From an uncultured Eubacteriales bacterium (GTDB taxonomy: Bacteria; Bacillota; Clostridia; Oscillospirales; CAG-272), in contig CAKSEI010000001.1 in assembly GCA_934446285.1 (NCBI GenBank), positions 6,498 to 70,497 of the forward strand: DNA of 64,000 bases, read 5' to 3'. Numbering within the stretch: position 1 is the first letter of the stretch; each line of letters starts with the position of its first letter. The translations under genes were made by a program, and so were the position numbers. A model generated the notes under the pieces. The model saw only the letters and a list, made by a program, of their open reading frames with translations, was not told the DNA's origin and ran no database searches. Positions 47,922-56,690 of this stretch are shown here, piece by piece.

Positions 47922-48894
47922 AAAAACGCTCGCGGTAACACCCGCGCCGCATATACACTCCCAGGTGACCACCCCCGTAATAATGGGAGACATAATTATC
48001 GCTCTCGTCCCCGCACTAATCTGGGCTTGCTACGTTTTCGGGATGCGCGCGCTCTATCTCACGGTTATCAGCTGCGCATCGTGCGTGCTTTTTGAGGCGG
48101 CATATGAGCTTGTACTCAAAAAACCGCTGACCGTCTCCGACCTCTCCGCCGTCGTCACCGGTATGCTGCTCGCTCTCTGTATGCCCGTGACCGTGCCCGT
48201 ATGGATGCTGCCCGCAGGCGCTTTTGTAGCCGTAGTAATAGTAAAGCAGCTCTTCGGCGGAATAGGAAAAAACATACTCAACCCCGCGCTCACCGCGCGT
48301 GCCCTGCTCCTTCTCCTGCCCGGCATTACCTATACGACTCCCGTAAAGGACCGCTTTAACGGTATACTCACGGGCAGCCTTGACGGGCTCGCGGCATCCA
48401 CTCCGCTCACGGGTCTGCACGCAGGCAAACTGCCCTCGGATGAGTCGGGATATACGACCCTTGACCTCTTTATCGGCAACGTCCCCGGGGCTATGGGCGA
48501 GATAAGCGCACTGCTGCTCATAATAGGCTTTATTTATCTGCTCTTCAGGCGGGTAGTGTCATGGCATATACCCGCCGCCTTTATCGGCACTGTCGCGCTG
48601 CTCACTCTTGTTTTTCCGCGCTCGGGCGCGGCTGCCATACCGTTTATGGCGAGCGAGCTTTTCTCGGGGAGTCTCATGCTCGGCGCTCTCTTTATGGCGA
48701 CCGACTGCGTGACAAGCCCGATAACCGACACGGGCAAGCTGATATACGGATGTCTGTGCGGCGTCTTTACCGTACTTTTCCGCTATTTTCTGCCGAGCGG
48801 CGAGGGCGTGCCGTATGCGATACTGCTCATGAATGCCCTCTCCTATTTCGCACCGCGCATTCCGCTGAAAATGCCCGAAAAAAAGAAAAAATGA
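47911..48894 (+). CDS. rnfD: Rnf complex subunit D-like membrane protein
   Basis: PHIHS..., polytopic, and AASTPLTGL (the FMN-attachment-type S/T-P-L region). The start at 47911 has a GGAGG RBS and overlaps rnfC by 11 nt. Confidence 0.85.
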   Translation: MDSKKTLAVTPAPHIHSQVTTPVIMGDIIIALVPALIWACYVFGMRALYLTVISCASCVLFEAAYELVLKKPLTVSDLSAVVTGMLLALCMPVTVPVWMLPAGAFVAVVIVKQLFGGIGKNILNPALTARALLLLLPGITYTTPVKDRFNGILTGSLDGLAASTPLTGLHAGKLPSDESGYTTLDLFIGNVPGAMGEISALLLIIGFIYLLFRRVVSWHIPAAFIGTVALLTLVFPRSGAAAIPFMASELFSGSLMLGALFMATDCVTSPITDTGKLIYGCLCGVFTVLFRYFLPSGEGVPYAILLMNALSYFAPRIPLKMPEKKKK

Positions 48895-48907
48895 AGCTTT
48901 CACTTGT

Positions 48908-48936
48908 GCGCGCCGCCTGTCGGCGCGCTTTTCTTT
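48908..48936 (+). terminator. Intrinsic terminator directly after rnfD
   Basis: GCGCGCCG-CCTGT-CGGCGCGC followed by TTTTCTTT. Confidence 0.7.
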
Positions 48937-49049
48937 ATATGCGAATGATTTTTACCGATTTGAGCAAAAATATTGATTTTTGTTTTAACGGGTGTTATAA
49001 TAAAGAGTAATTAACAAATAACAGAAATGAAAAGAACAAGAGGTTTGTT

Positions 49050-50885
49050 TTGATAAGAGAGGATTTAAGAAATATCGCCATCATAGCCCACGTCGACCAC
49101 GGCAAGACGACGCTCGTCGACGAAATGCTCAAGCAGGGCGGAGTTTACCGCGAAAACCAGGCAACGACCGAGCGCGTAATGGACTCGGGCGACCTTGAGA
49201 GAGAGCGCGGAATTACCATTCTCGCGAAAAATACCGCGGTACACTATAAGGATGTAAAAATAAATATCATCGACACCCCCGGTCACGCCGACTTCGGCGG
49301 GGAGGTCGAGCGCATACTCAAGATGGTCAACGGCGTTCTCCTGCTCGTCGACGCAGCGGAGGGTCCTATGCCGCAGACACGCTTCGTGCTCCAGCGCGCT
49401 CTTGAATTAAATCACAGGGTCATAGTCGTAATAAATAAAATAGACAAGCCGGACGCACGCCTCGAGGAGGTCGAGGAGGAGGTTCTCGAATTGCTCATGG
49501 ACCTTGACGCGACGGACGAACAGCTTGACTCACCCATGATATTCTGCTCGGGAAGAGCCGGCACGGCATCGCTCTCCCCTTATGAGCAGGGCACGGACCT
49601 GAAGCCGCTTTTCGATACTATTCTTGAGTATATCCCCGCGCCGTCGGGCGACGAGAATGCTCCGCTGCAGGTTCTTGTTTCTTCCATAGATTATAATGAG
49701 TACGTCGGCAGAATAGGCATCGGCAGAATTGAAAACGGAAAAATGACCGTAGGCGAGCAGGTGGTCATCACAAACTACCATGACGAAACAAAGAAAAAGA
49801 GGACGAAAATAGTCTCCCTCGAGCAGTTCACGGGACTCGGCAGGACGCCGGTCACCGAGGCGTACCCCGGAGACATAGTAGCTTTCTCGGGTGCTGAGGA
49901 CATAACGATAGGCGATACCGTATGTTCACCCGAAGCTCCCGCGCCGCTTTCGTTCGTCAAGATAACAGAGCCGACCCTCGAGATGACATTCTCGGTAAAC
50001 GACTCTCCGTTTGCGGGCAGGGAGGGTAAGTTCGTCACATCGCGCCAGATACGCGCACGCCTTTACAGCGAGCTTTTAAAGGATGTTTCGCTGCGCGTTG
50101 AGGACGGCGAAACGACCGACTCCTTCCGCGTATCGGGCAGAGGCGAGATGCACCTCTCAATACTCATAGAGACTATGCGCCGCGAGGGATATGAGCTTGC
50201 GGTGAGCACGCCAAAGGTCATTATGAAGGAGATAGACGGCGTGACATGCGAGCCTATCGAGCGCGTGCAGATAGATGTCCCGGACGGCAGCAGCGGTTCG
50301 GTCATAGAGAAGATGAGCGCACGCAAGGGCGAATTTCTCGATATGGTGTCGCACAACGGCAGAACGCGCATTGAATTCAGCATTCCGTCCCGCTGCCTCA
50401 TAGGCTACCGCTCGGAATTTATGACAGACACGCGCGGCGAGGGTATAATCAATACTATTTTCGACGGATACAAGCCTTATAAGGGTGAGATAACCCGCCG
50501 TTTCACAGGCTCTCTCATAGCGTCCGAGACGGGCGAGTCCACGTCCTACGGACTTTACAATACGCAGGAGCGCGGCGAAATGTTTATCGGCGTGCAGACA
50601 CCGGTATACGAGGGTATGATAGTAGGGCGTTCGCCCAAGCTCGGCGATATCGCCGTAAACGTATGCAAGAAAAAGCATCTGACCGCGGTTCGCTCCACGG
50701 GCGCTGACGAAAAGCTGCTGCTCACGCCTCCGGTTATATTCTCACTTGAAGAGGCAATAGAATTCATCGCCGACGACGAGCTTATTGAGGTCACGCCGAA
50801 GAGCATCCGTCTGCGTAAAAAAATCCTCGACAACTCCCTGCGCCTCAAGGACCAGGCAAAGCGCAAGGAAGCCGCGGGAAAGTAA
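49050..50885 (+). CDS. typA: Translational GTPase TypA/BipA
   Basis: 611 aa, [20 protein letters not shown] start with an AAGAGG RBS. Confidence 0.9.
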   Translation: MIREDLRNIAIIAHVDHGKTTLVDEMLKQGGVYRENQATTERVMDSGDLERERGITILAKNTAVHYKDVKINIIDTPGHADFGGEVERILKMVNGVLLLVDAAEGPMPQTRFVLQRALELNHRVIVVINKIDKPDARLEEVEEEVLELLMDLDATDEQLDSPMIFCSGRAGTASLSPYEQGTDLKPLFDTILEYIPAPSGDENAPLQVLVSSIDYNEYVGRIGIGRIENGKMTVGEQVVITNYHDETKKKRTKIVSLEQFTGLGRTPVTEAYPGDIVAFSGAEDITIGDTVCSPEAPAPLSFVKITEPTLEMTFSVNDSPFAGREGKFVTSRQIRARLYSELLKDVSLRVEDGETTDSFRVSGRGEMHLSILIETMRREGYELAVSTPKVIMKEIDGVTCEPIERVQIDVPDGSSGSVIEKMSARKGEFLDMVSHNGRTRIEFSIPSRCLIGYRSEFMTDTRGEGIINTIFDGYKPYKGEITRRFTGSLIASETGESTSYGLYNTQERGEMFIGVQTPVYEGMIVGRSPKLGDIAVNVCKKKHLTAVRSTGADEKLLLTPPVIFSLEEAIEFIADDELIEVTPKSIRLRKKILDNSLRLKDQAKRKEAAGK

Positions 50886-50913
50886 GAAAATATGCAGAAA
50901 TGATTATTCAAAG

Positions 50914-50952
50914 CAATGCCTCCGTCACGAATTTGTCGTGACGGAGGCATTG
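50914..50952. terminator. Perfect 16-bp hairpin between convergent genes
   Basis: CAATGCCTCCGTCACG-AATTTGT-CGTGACGGAGGCATTG. Confidence 0.55.
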
Positions 50953-50997
50953 TCATAAAGAAACGGCTTTTACAGAACGTCAGCGTACCGTACCGCC

Positions 50998-51261
50998 TTA
51001 CTCGGATTTCGCCGAGGCTTTCTCCTGCGTCTTTTTGCGCGCCCTCCTTCTGCATGAGATAACCTCGATTACCTTAAGCACGGCGGCAATCAAATACATC
51101 GCGCCGTTTATGTAAAGATATGATTTATATACCACGTGTATGGCTTCAAGCGAAAGAGAAAACGGCACTCCCATCTCCGGATGGCATATCGCATAGTAGA
51201 AGAATGTTATGCCTACGGCAGACATCGCAAATCCGATTTTTAAGAAAATTTTCGACTTCAT
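50998..51261 (-). CDS. Small membrane protein (two TM helices, basic tail)
   Basis: 87-aa ORF with hydrophobic helices and an RRRARKKTQEK tail. No family was recognised. Confidence 0.4.
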   Translation of the reverse strand: MKSKIFLKIGFAMSAVGITFFYYAICHPEMGVPFSLSLEAIHVVYKSYLYINGAMYLIAAVLKVIEVISCRRRARKKTQEKASAKSE

Positions 51262-51535
51262 CGCTCCCTCTCCTTATGAGTACATATTTTATCCGTAAGC
51301 GCCGAAGTAAACCGAAAGGTGCTGTGTATTCAAACTGTTTCTATTATGATAATAACATATCTTACTTCTTTTGTCAACATTATCCTCGACTGTCCTGCTG
51401 CGGCAGTAATTTTTTTATGTTCCCGCAAAAATACGCGGGAGAGTTTTATTTTTCAGGCACAAAAAACGGTTTGCGTTTCATCTCCGCTTGTGATATAATG
51501 ATTTTACTTGATTTTAGTATACGGAGGCGCGGAGG

Positions 51536-52423
51536 ATGCACGGTCTGCCCGATTTTCTCAAAGAAAAACTGAATGAACAATACGGCGAGGCGCTGTGCGC
51601 CGTGATAGAGCGCGGCATGAGCGAGCGGCGCGTGACAAGCTTTCGCGTAAATACGCTTAAGGGCACGCCGGGGGACGTGGCGGAAATGCTGCGTACGGAC
51701 GGGATAGAATGCTCTCCCGCGCCGCTCGGAGACACGGCATTCGTGACCTCGTGCAGCGCACATGAAATTTCACGCACGCACGCTTATGAGTCGGGACTTA
51801 TTTATCTTCAGAGCCTGTCGTCAATGCTGCCCGTGATGTTTCTCGGCGCGCAGGCGGGTGAAGACATACTCGATATGGCGGCCTCTCCCGGCGGCAAGAC
51901 CTCGCAGATTGCGGCTGTGACCGGCGGGAAAGCGTGCATTACCGCGTGCGAAAAAAATGCCGTTCGGTTTGAGCGGCTGAAATTCAACATGCAGCGTCAG
52001 GGGGTGGGCAGGGTTTCGCTCATTCACAAGGACGCATGCGCGCTTGATAAAATGTTTGTTTTTGATAGAATACTGCTCGATGCGCCGTGCAGCGGCAGCG
52101 GAACGCTCGAGCTTTGGCGGGACGAGCCGCCGGCAATCTCCGAGGAGCTTGTCACACGCTCGGTGAAAACACAGCGGCGCATGTTAAGCTGCGCGCTTGA
52201 CCGCCTGAAGAGCGGGCATGAAATGATATACTCAACCTGCTCTCTGCTGCATGAGGAAAATGAGGATGCCGTAAGGTCGGTACTCTCCCGTGCGCAGATA
52301 ATCCCGCTCGAAGCGCCCGAATATCTGCCTCTGCTGCCGTCGGCGACGGGCGGTTGCATCACGGTAGCGCCGTCAGAGATGTACGAGGGCTTTTTCATCG
52401 CAAAGCTGCGAAAAAAGGGATAA
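51536..52423 (+). CDS. RsmB/RsmF/NOP2-family RNA m5C methyltransferase
   Basis: DMAASPGGKT (SAM), DAPCSGSGT and YSTCS catalytic cysteines. Promoter TTGCGT-17-TGaTATAAT at 51471-51499. Confidence 0.8.
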   Translation: MHGLPDFLKEKLNEQYGEALCAVIERGMSERRVTSFRVNTLKGTPGDVAEMLRTDGIECSPAPLGDTAFVTSCSAHEISRTHAYESGLIYLQSLSSMLPVMFLGAQAGEDILDMAASPGGKTSQIAAVTGGKACITACEKNAVRFERLKFNMQRQGVGRVSLIHKDACALDKMFVFDRILLDAPCSGSGTLELWRDEPPAISEELVTRSVKTQRRMLSCALDRLKSGHEMIYSTCSLLHEENEDAVRSVLSRAQIIPLEAPEYLPLLPSATGGCITVAPSEMYEGFFIAKLRKKG

Positions 52424-52443
52424 CACGGAAACGCCGTCGGTGC

Positions 52444-52482
52444 ACAAAGGAGAAGCTCTCGCGCAGAGAGCTTCTCCTTTGT
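52444..52482. terminator. Bidirectional hairpin of the AGGAGAA...TTCTCCT family
   Basis: ACAAAGGAGAAGCTCTC-GCGCA-GAGAGCTTCTCCTTTGT lies between convergent genes. It is followed by CGTATAGTAAATGCCGC, the end module of the mosaic repeat. Confidence 0.6.
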
Positions 52483-52505
52483 GCCTTCGTATAGTAAATG
52501 CCGCC

Positions 52506-53144
52506 TTATTTTATATTACTGCGGAATGCAACGGCTTTGCCTATTATGCGTATCTTCTCAAGCTCCCGCCCGACGAAAACGAACGGCTCATATTTAGGAT
52601 TTTCCGCCTGCAAAACAAGCTTTCCCGACTCGGGATAGTAATACACCCTCTTGAGCGTTGCCTCGTCGCCTATTATCACCGCCGCAATATCGCCGTTGTC
52701 AACCGCGTTCTGCGAACGGCAAAATACCATATCTCCGTCGTATATCCGCGCGCCCGTCATGCTGTCCCCGCTTGCCCTTAAGCAAAAGTCCGCACCGATA
52801 TCCTCTCCGCAATCCACGTAATCTCCGCGCGTCTCGTCCGCAAATATCGGCTCTCCGCACGCTACCGTGCCGAGCAGCGGAACACGCTTTGTCCGTATCG
52901 GCAGAATATTCGGAAACTCCGCTATATTGCTCTCCGCCGACAGCCTCTCCGCTCCCGTCAGATAGTTCATATCCACTCCGAATATCTCCGCCGCCGCCGT
53001 CAGCGTTCCTATCCCCGGCTCGCGCTCGCCGCGCTCATACATATTTACACTGCTCTTGCTTATCTTCAGCCTGTCCGCGAGCGCCTGCTGCGACATTCCC
53101 GCGCTCAGACGCAGTGCGCGCAGCCTTTCGTTAAATTTCGCCAT
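52506..53144 (-). CDS. XRE-HTH / S24-peptidase self-cleaving repressor (HdiR / phage-cI type, not canonical LexA)
   Basis: N-terminal LRLSAGMSQQALADRLKISKSSVNMYERGEREP (XRE HTH). Candidate cleavage site VACGEP (Cys-Gly, as in UmuD). Ser in ASGDSM and Lys in TLKRV. Confidence 0.8.
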   Translation of the reverse strand: MAKFNERLRALRLSAGMSQQALADRLKISKSSVNMYERGEREPGIGTLTAAAEIFGVDMNYLTGAERLSAESNIAEFPNILPIRTKRVPLLGTVACGEPIFADETRGDYVDCGEDIGADFCLRASGDSMTGARIYDGDMVFCRSQNAVDNGDIAAVIIGDEATLKRVYYYPESGKLVLQAENPKYEPFVFVGRELEKIRIIGKAVAFRSNIK

Positions 53145-53188
53145 AACCTTCTCCGTCCCGTATATGTCCCATAAATTCTTTCCACTAC

Positions 53189-53242
53189 ATTATACACTAT
53201 ATGTGTTCAGCTTGCAATTGTCATGGTGCACAAAGAGTGCTC
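53189..53242 (-). promoter_or_regulatory. Repressor-gene promoter plus operator copy 1
   Basis: Minus strand: TTGCAA (53217-53212), a 17-nt spacer, then TATAAT (53194-53189). The 17-bp site GTGCACAAAGAGTGCTC is at 53226-53242. Confidence 0.5.
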
Positions 53243-53274
53243 TTTTCGGCAAAGAAATTTGTATTTTCGTGCTA

Positions 53275-53324
53275 TTGCGCCGTGCCGGACAGAGTTGTAT
53301 AATATATGTGCACTAAATGTGCTC
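53275..53324 (+). promoter_or_regulatory. Polymerase promoter plus operator copy 2
   Basis: TTGCGC (53275-53280), a 17-nt spacer, then TATAAT (53298-53303). The 17-bp site GTGCACTAAATGTGCTC is at 53308-53324, over the predicted TSS. Confidence 0.5.
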
Positions 53325-53341
53325 GGAAGGAATGATGCATA

Positions 53342-54835
53342 ATGCCGAAGGAAAAACAATATATCGCGATAGATTTGAAGTCATTTTACGCATCGGTCGA
53401 ATGCGTGGAACGCGGACTTAACCCGCTGAAAACAAACCTCGTCGTAGCCGACAGGACACGCACGGAAAAGACCGTATGCCTTGCCGTGACGCCCGCTCTC
53501 AAGGCTTACGGCATATCCGGCAGAGCAAGACTTTTTGAGGTAACTGAGACCGTGAAAAGAATAAACCGCGAGCGGGCACGCCGATGCCCCGGCAGCTTTC
53601 TCTGCGGCAGCTCGACGGACAGTGACGAGCTTTCGCGTGACCCCGCTCTTGCGCTTGATTTTATTGTCGCTCCGCCGCGCATGTCGCTTTATATGGAGGT
53701 AAGCGCGCGCGTATACAGGATTTATCTTAAGTATTTTTCGCCGCAGGATATACATGTTTACTCGGTCGACGAGGTATTTATCGACTGCACGCCTTATCTC
53801 GGGCTTTACGGGGACGCGCAGACGCTCACACGGCGCATAATAGGCGATATTTTAGCTTCGACGGGCATTACCGCGACGGCGGGGATAGGCACTAACCTTT
53901 ATCTATGCAAAATAGCCATGGATATCGAGGCAAAGAAAATGCAGCCCGATGAAAACGGTGTGCGCATAGCGGTACTCGACGAGCGCAGCTATCGCGAGCG
54001 CCTTTGGGAGCACCGCCCGCTCACCGACTTTTGGCGGATAGGTGCGGGCAGCCGCCGCAGACTCGAATCGCACGGGATGTACACCATGGGAGATGTGGCA
54101 CGCTGCTCTCTCGGCAACGAGGAGCTGCTTTATCGACTCTTCGGAGTAAATGCCGAGCTGCTTATAGACCATGCCTGGGGGTGCGAAAGCTGCACCGTTG
54201 AGGATATAAAAAATTATCGCCCGCAAACACACAGTATGAGCACCTCTCAGGTGCTCAAATGTCCGTACGGTAAGACGGACGGCGAGCTGATAATCCGCGA
54301 AATGACCGACTCGCTTGTGCTTGACGCGGTGCGGCGCAGGGTCAAGACAAGCCTCATAACTCTCGATATCGGTTACGACGTATCAAACGACCGCACGGAG
54401 TACGCCTGCAGCGCAAGAGACAGATACGGCAGGGCAGTACCGCCGCCGTCGCATGTCTCGGTAAACTTCGGAAAACACACATCGTCGTCGGCACTTATTA
54501 TATCGGCGGCGGTAGAGGCTTACCGACGGACGGCAAAGGACGGGCTGCTCGTGCGCAGGCTGACCGTTTCGCTGTGTCTGCTCGCCGACGAGAGAAATGT
54601 GGAAAAAGCCGAGGCACAGACAGCGGAACAGCTCGATATGTTCACTGACTACAGCGAGCGCGACAGGAGGCGTGAGGAGGAAAAAGCGGCTCTCGAACGC
54701 GAGCGGAGGTGGCAGCTCGCCCGCCTCTCCGTGCGCGACAGATACGGAAAAGCAATGCTGCTGCGCGGCTGCGACGGGCTGCCCGCGGCAACCGCGCGTG
54801 AGCGATGCGCGCAGATAGGAGGACACCGTGCCTGA
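53342..54835 (+). CDS. Y-family DNA polymerase (UmuC/DinB-like translesion polymerase)
   Basis: 497 aa. IAIDLKSFYASVECVERG (catalytic Asp and steric gate) and YSVDEVFID (Asp/Glu). The Arg/Glu-rich C-terminal region is atypical. Confidence 0.85.
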   Translation: MPKEKQYIAIDLKSFYASVECVERGLNPLKTNLVVADRTRTEKTVCLAVTPALKAYGISGRARLFEVTETVKRINRERARRCPGSFLCGSSTDSDELSRDPALALDFIVAPPRMSLYMEVSARVYRIYLKYFSPQDIHVYSVDEVFIDCTPYLGLYGDAQTLTRRIIGDILASTGITATAGIGTNLYLCKIAMDIEAKKMQPDENGVRIAVLDERSYRERLWEHRPLTDFWRIGAGSRRRLESHGMYTMGDVARCSLGNEELLYRLFGVNAELLIDHAWGCESCTVEDIKNYRPQTHSMSTSQVLKCPYGKTDGELIIREMTDSLVLDAVRRRVKTSLITLDIGYDVSNDRTEYACSARDRYGRAVPPPSHVSVNFGKHTSSSALIISAAVEAYRRTAKDGLLVRRLTVSLCLLADERNVEKAEAQTAEQLDMFTDYSERDRRREEEKAALERERRWQLARLSVRDRYGKAMLLRGCDGLPAATARERCAQIGGHRA

Positions 54836-55028
54836 GAACAGAGCTCCGCATAACTATACGGCGAAAAAGTCCGACAGCTCATACTCGGATATAATCGATC
54901 AGCCGCGCCCGATGACAAACAGGCGCCGCATGACGCGCGAGGCAAGAGCCGCGCAATTTGCGGCATTCGCCGCCCTTACGGGTTTTGACGATGTAATAGA
55001 AAGAGAGAATGACACGAGCCCTTTGTAA
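54828..55028 (+). CDS. Small protein translationally coupled to the Y-family polymerase (possible accessory factor)
   Basis: GTG start overlapping the polymerase stop by 8 nt. 66 aa with RMTREARAAQFAAFAALTGFDDVIE. An internal ATG at 54912 is an alternative start. Confidence 0.4.
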   Translation: MPENRAPHNYTAKKSDSSYSDIIDQPRPMTNRRRMTREARAAQFAAFAALTGFDDVIERENDTSPL

Positions 55029-55420
55029 GCCCGGGCAGCTTTTTGCAAGCTTTTCGTGAAAAGCCCGGCAAAAGCTTTTGTATATGGAACGCTCTCGCCT
55101 GCCCTCTTATTTGAAGTTTTTGCGCAGCTTTTTTGAGAAAAGCTGCCGGATTTTAAAGGCAGCGCCTTTAATCGCCGCCGGTCGCTTTCCCCTCGAAAAG
55201 CGACACAAAAGCTTTTGCAGACGCATGATATCTTAACAAGCGAAAAGCCTTAGTATACCCCTGTTTTTTTGAAGTTTTTGCCGAGCTTTTTCGGAAAAGC
55301 TCGTGAATTTCGCGCCGTAGGCGTGAAAGAGGAGAAACCCTCGCCGAGGGTTTCTCCTTGACTTTGTTTACGAACAAACATTGCCGCTTTTCGGGGGAAA
55401 GCTGCTGAAAAGCTGCCGGA
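55029..55420 (+). repeat. Mosaic repeat, long copy D
   Basis: Near-duplicate of copy A, including the hairpin AGGAGAAACCCTC-GCC-GAGGGTTTCTCCT at 55329-55358. Confidence 0.75.
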
Positions 55421-55858
55421 TTATCTGCGTTTATATATCACTATCTCGGGCGAGCTGCCGTTCACGCCGTAGCTGCATACCAAAATAAAGTCCGCGCCCG
55501 CAACGACTCCGCAGCATACACCGATTCCATCATACTCAATCTGAGTGCCGAGGTAAATGTCATCATCCGACAACAGCTTTATTTTCTCACCCGACGGGAC
55601 TGTATATTCAAGATTGACATACCTTCCCGCAAGCTCATACAGCCGCTCGGCGCGGCATATGCCTTCGCATTCAAGCAGCTCGTTTACCTCGTCAAGCAGC
55701 TTTTTCTTATATTCATCTTATGCGCCCCTGCCGCCCGTCTTTATATACTCGGCTGCAATGCAGCGGCCTCCGAACGGTCTGCCCCTCGTCTCGGCGCAGC
55801 CGCGGCAGTCCTCTCTTGTCGGGCAGACGGCGCAGTCTGCGCCGCATATCGCGCTCAT
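55421..55858 (-). pseudogene. Cys-rich small protein gene interrupted by an in-frame TAA (pseudogene or split gene)
   Basis: The ATG at 55858 overlaps the mscS stop (ATGA). The first part reads MSAICGADCAVCPTREDCRGCAETRGRPFGGRCIAAEYIKTGGRGA and ends at a TAA (55720-55718). The same frame continues DEYKKKLLDEVNELLECEGICRAE...IVIYKRR to a TAA at 55423-55421. Confidence 0.6.
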
Positions 55859-56679
55859 TTGCTTTCCCCCGCGTCCGTATGCACGTCAAGCTGCGGGAAC
55901 GGTATCTCTATGCCCGCACCGTCGAAAGCTTTTTTCACAAGTCCGTTTATCTCGATCTGCGCATCCCAATAGTGCTCCCATTTAACAAAAATGCACAGTT
56001 TATACATTACCGCCGAGTCGCCGTGGGCGCTGACATATGCAAAAGGTTCGGGGTGCCCGAGCGTCCATTCGTACCCGCGCGCGACTCCGAGAAGTATTTC
56101 CTTTACCTTGTCAACATCGTCAGAATACGATGCGGAAAATTCAAAATCCGCTCTGCGGTACGGCTCGGTGGAATGATTCACGACCGCGCCCGCCGTCAGA
56201 TTACCGTTCGGTATCGTCACGACCTGCTTATCTGCCGTGACTACCATTGTATAAAAAACCGAAATCGAGCGAACCGTCCCGGTATAGCCGCCCGCCGTGA
56301 TGAAATCACCGACGCGGAACGGCTTGAATATCAGAAGCATAAGCCCGCCCGCGAAATTTGACAGCGAGCCCTGCAGCGCAAGTCCTATCGCAACGCCGCA
56401 TGAGGCGAGAATGGTGATAAAGCTCGTCATCGGTATGCCGAGGATGTTCGCCGCCGTAATTATCACAAGCGCGTTCAGAAGAATTCTCAAGAGGCTTATG
56501 ATAAACGACAAAGCCGTCGGGTCAAGCTTTTTCATCACCTTGCCCTTTTGTATCAGGCGGATGAAAGGCCCTACCGCCTTAAGCCCCGCTATCAGCACTA
56601 TCGCCGCATATAAAAGCGACATGCCGACGGATGCAATCTCCTGCATTATTTTATTAAGCACCTCTTCAAAGTTTATCAT
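55855..56679 (-). CDS. mscS: Small-conductance mechanosensitive channel (MscS family)
   Basis: 274 aa with three TM helices, followed by FKPFRVGDFITAGGYTGTVRSISVFYT (MscS beta-domain). Confidence 0.85.
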   Translation of the reverse strand: MINFEEVLNKIMQEIASVGMSLLYAAIVLIAGLKAVGPFIRLIQKGKVMKKLDPTALSFIISLLRILLNALVIITAANILGIPMTSFITILASCGVAIGLALQGSLSNFAGGLMLLIFKPFRVGDFITAGGYTGTVRSISVFYTMVVTADKQVVTIPNGNLTAGAVVNHSTEPYRRADFEFSASYSDDVDKVKEILLGVARGYEWTLGHPEPFAYVSAHGDSAVMYKLCIFVKWEHYWDAQIEINGLVKKAFDGAGIEIPFPQLDVHTDAGESK

Positions 56680-56690
56680 TTTTACCTCCG

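Noticed and set aside
53145-53341. Looked for a canonical Firmicute LexA (Cheo) box, CGAAC-N4-GTTCG, controlling the Y-family polymerase.
   Set aside because: No GAAC/GTTC dyad is present in the intergenic region. The duplicated GTGCAC-N5-GTGCTC sites are the better operator candidates.
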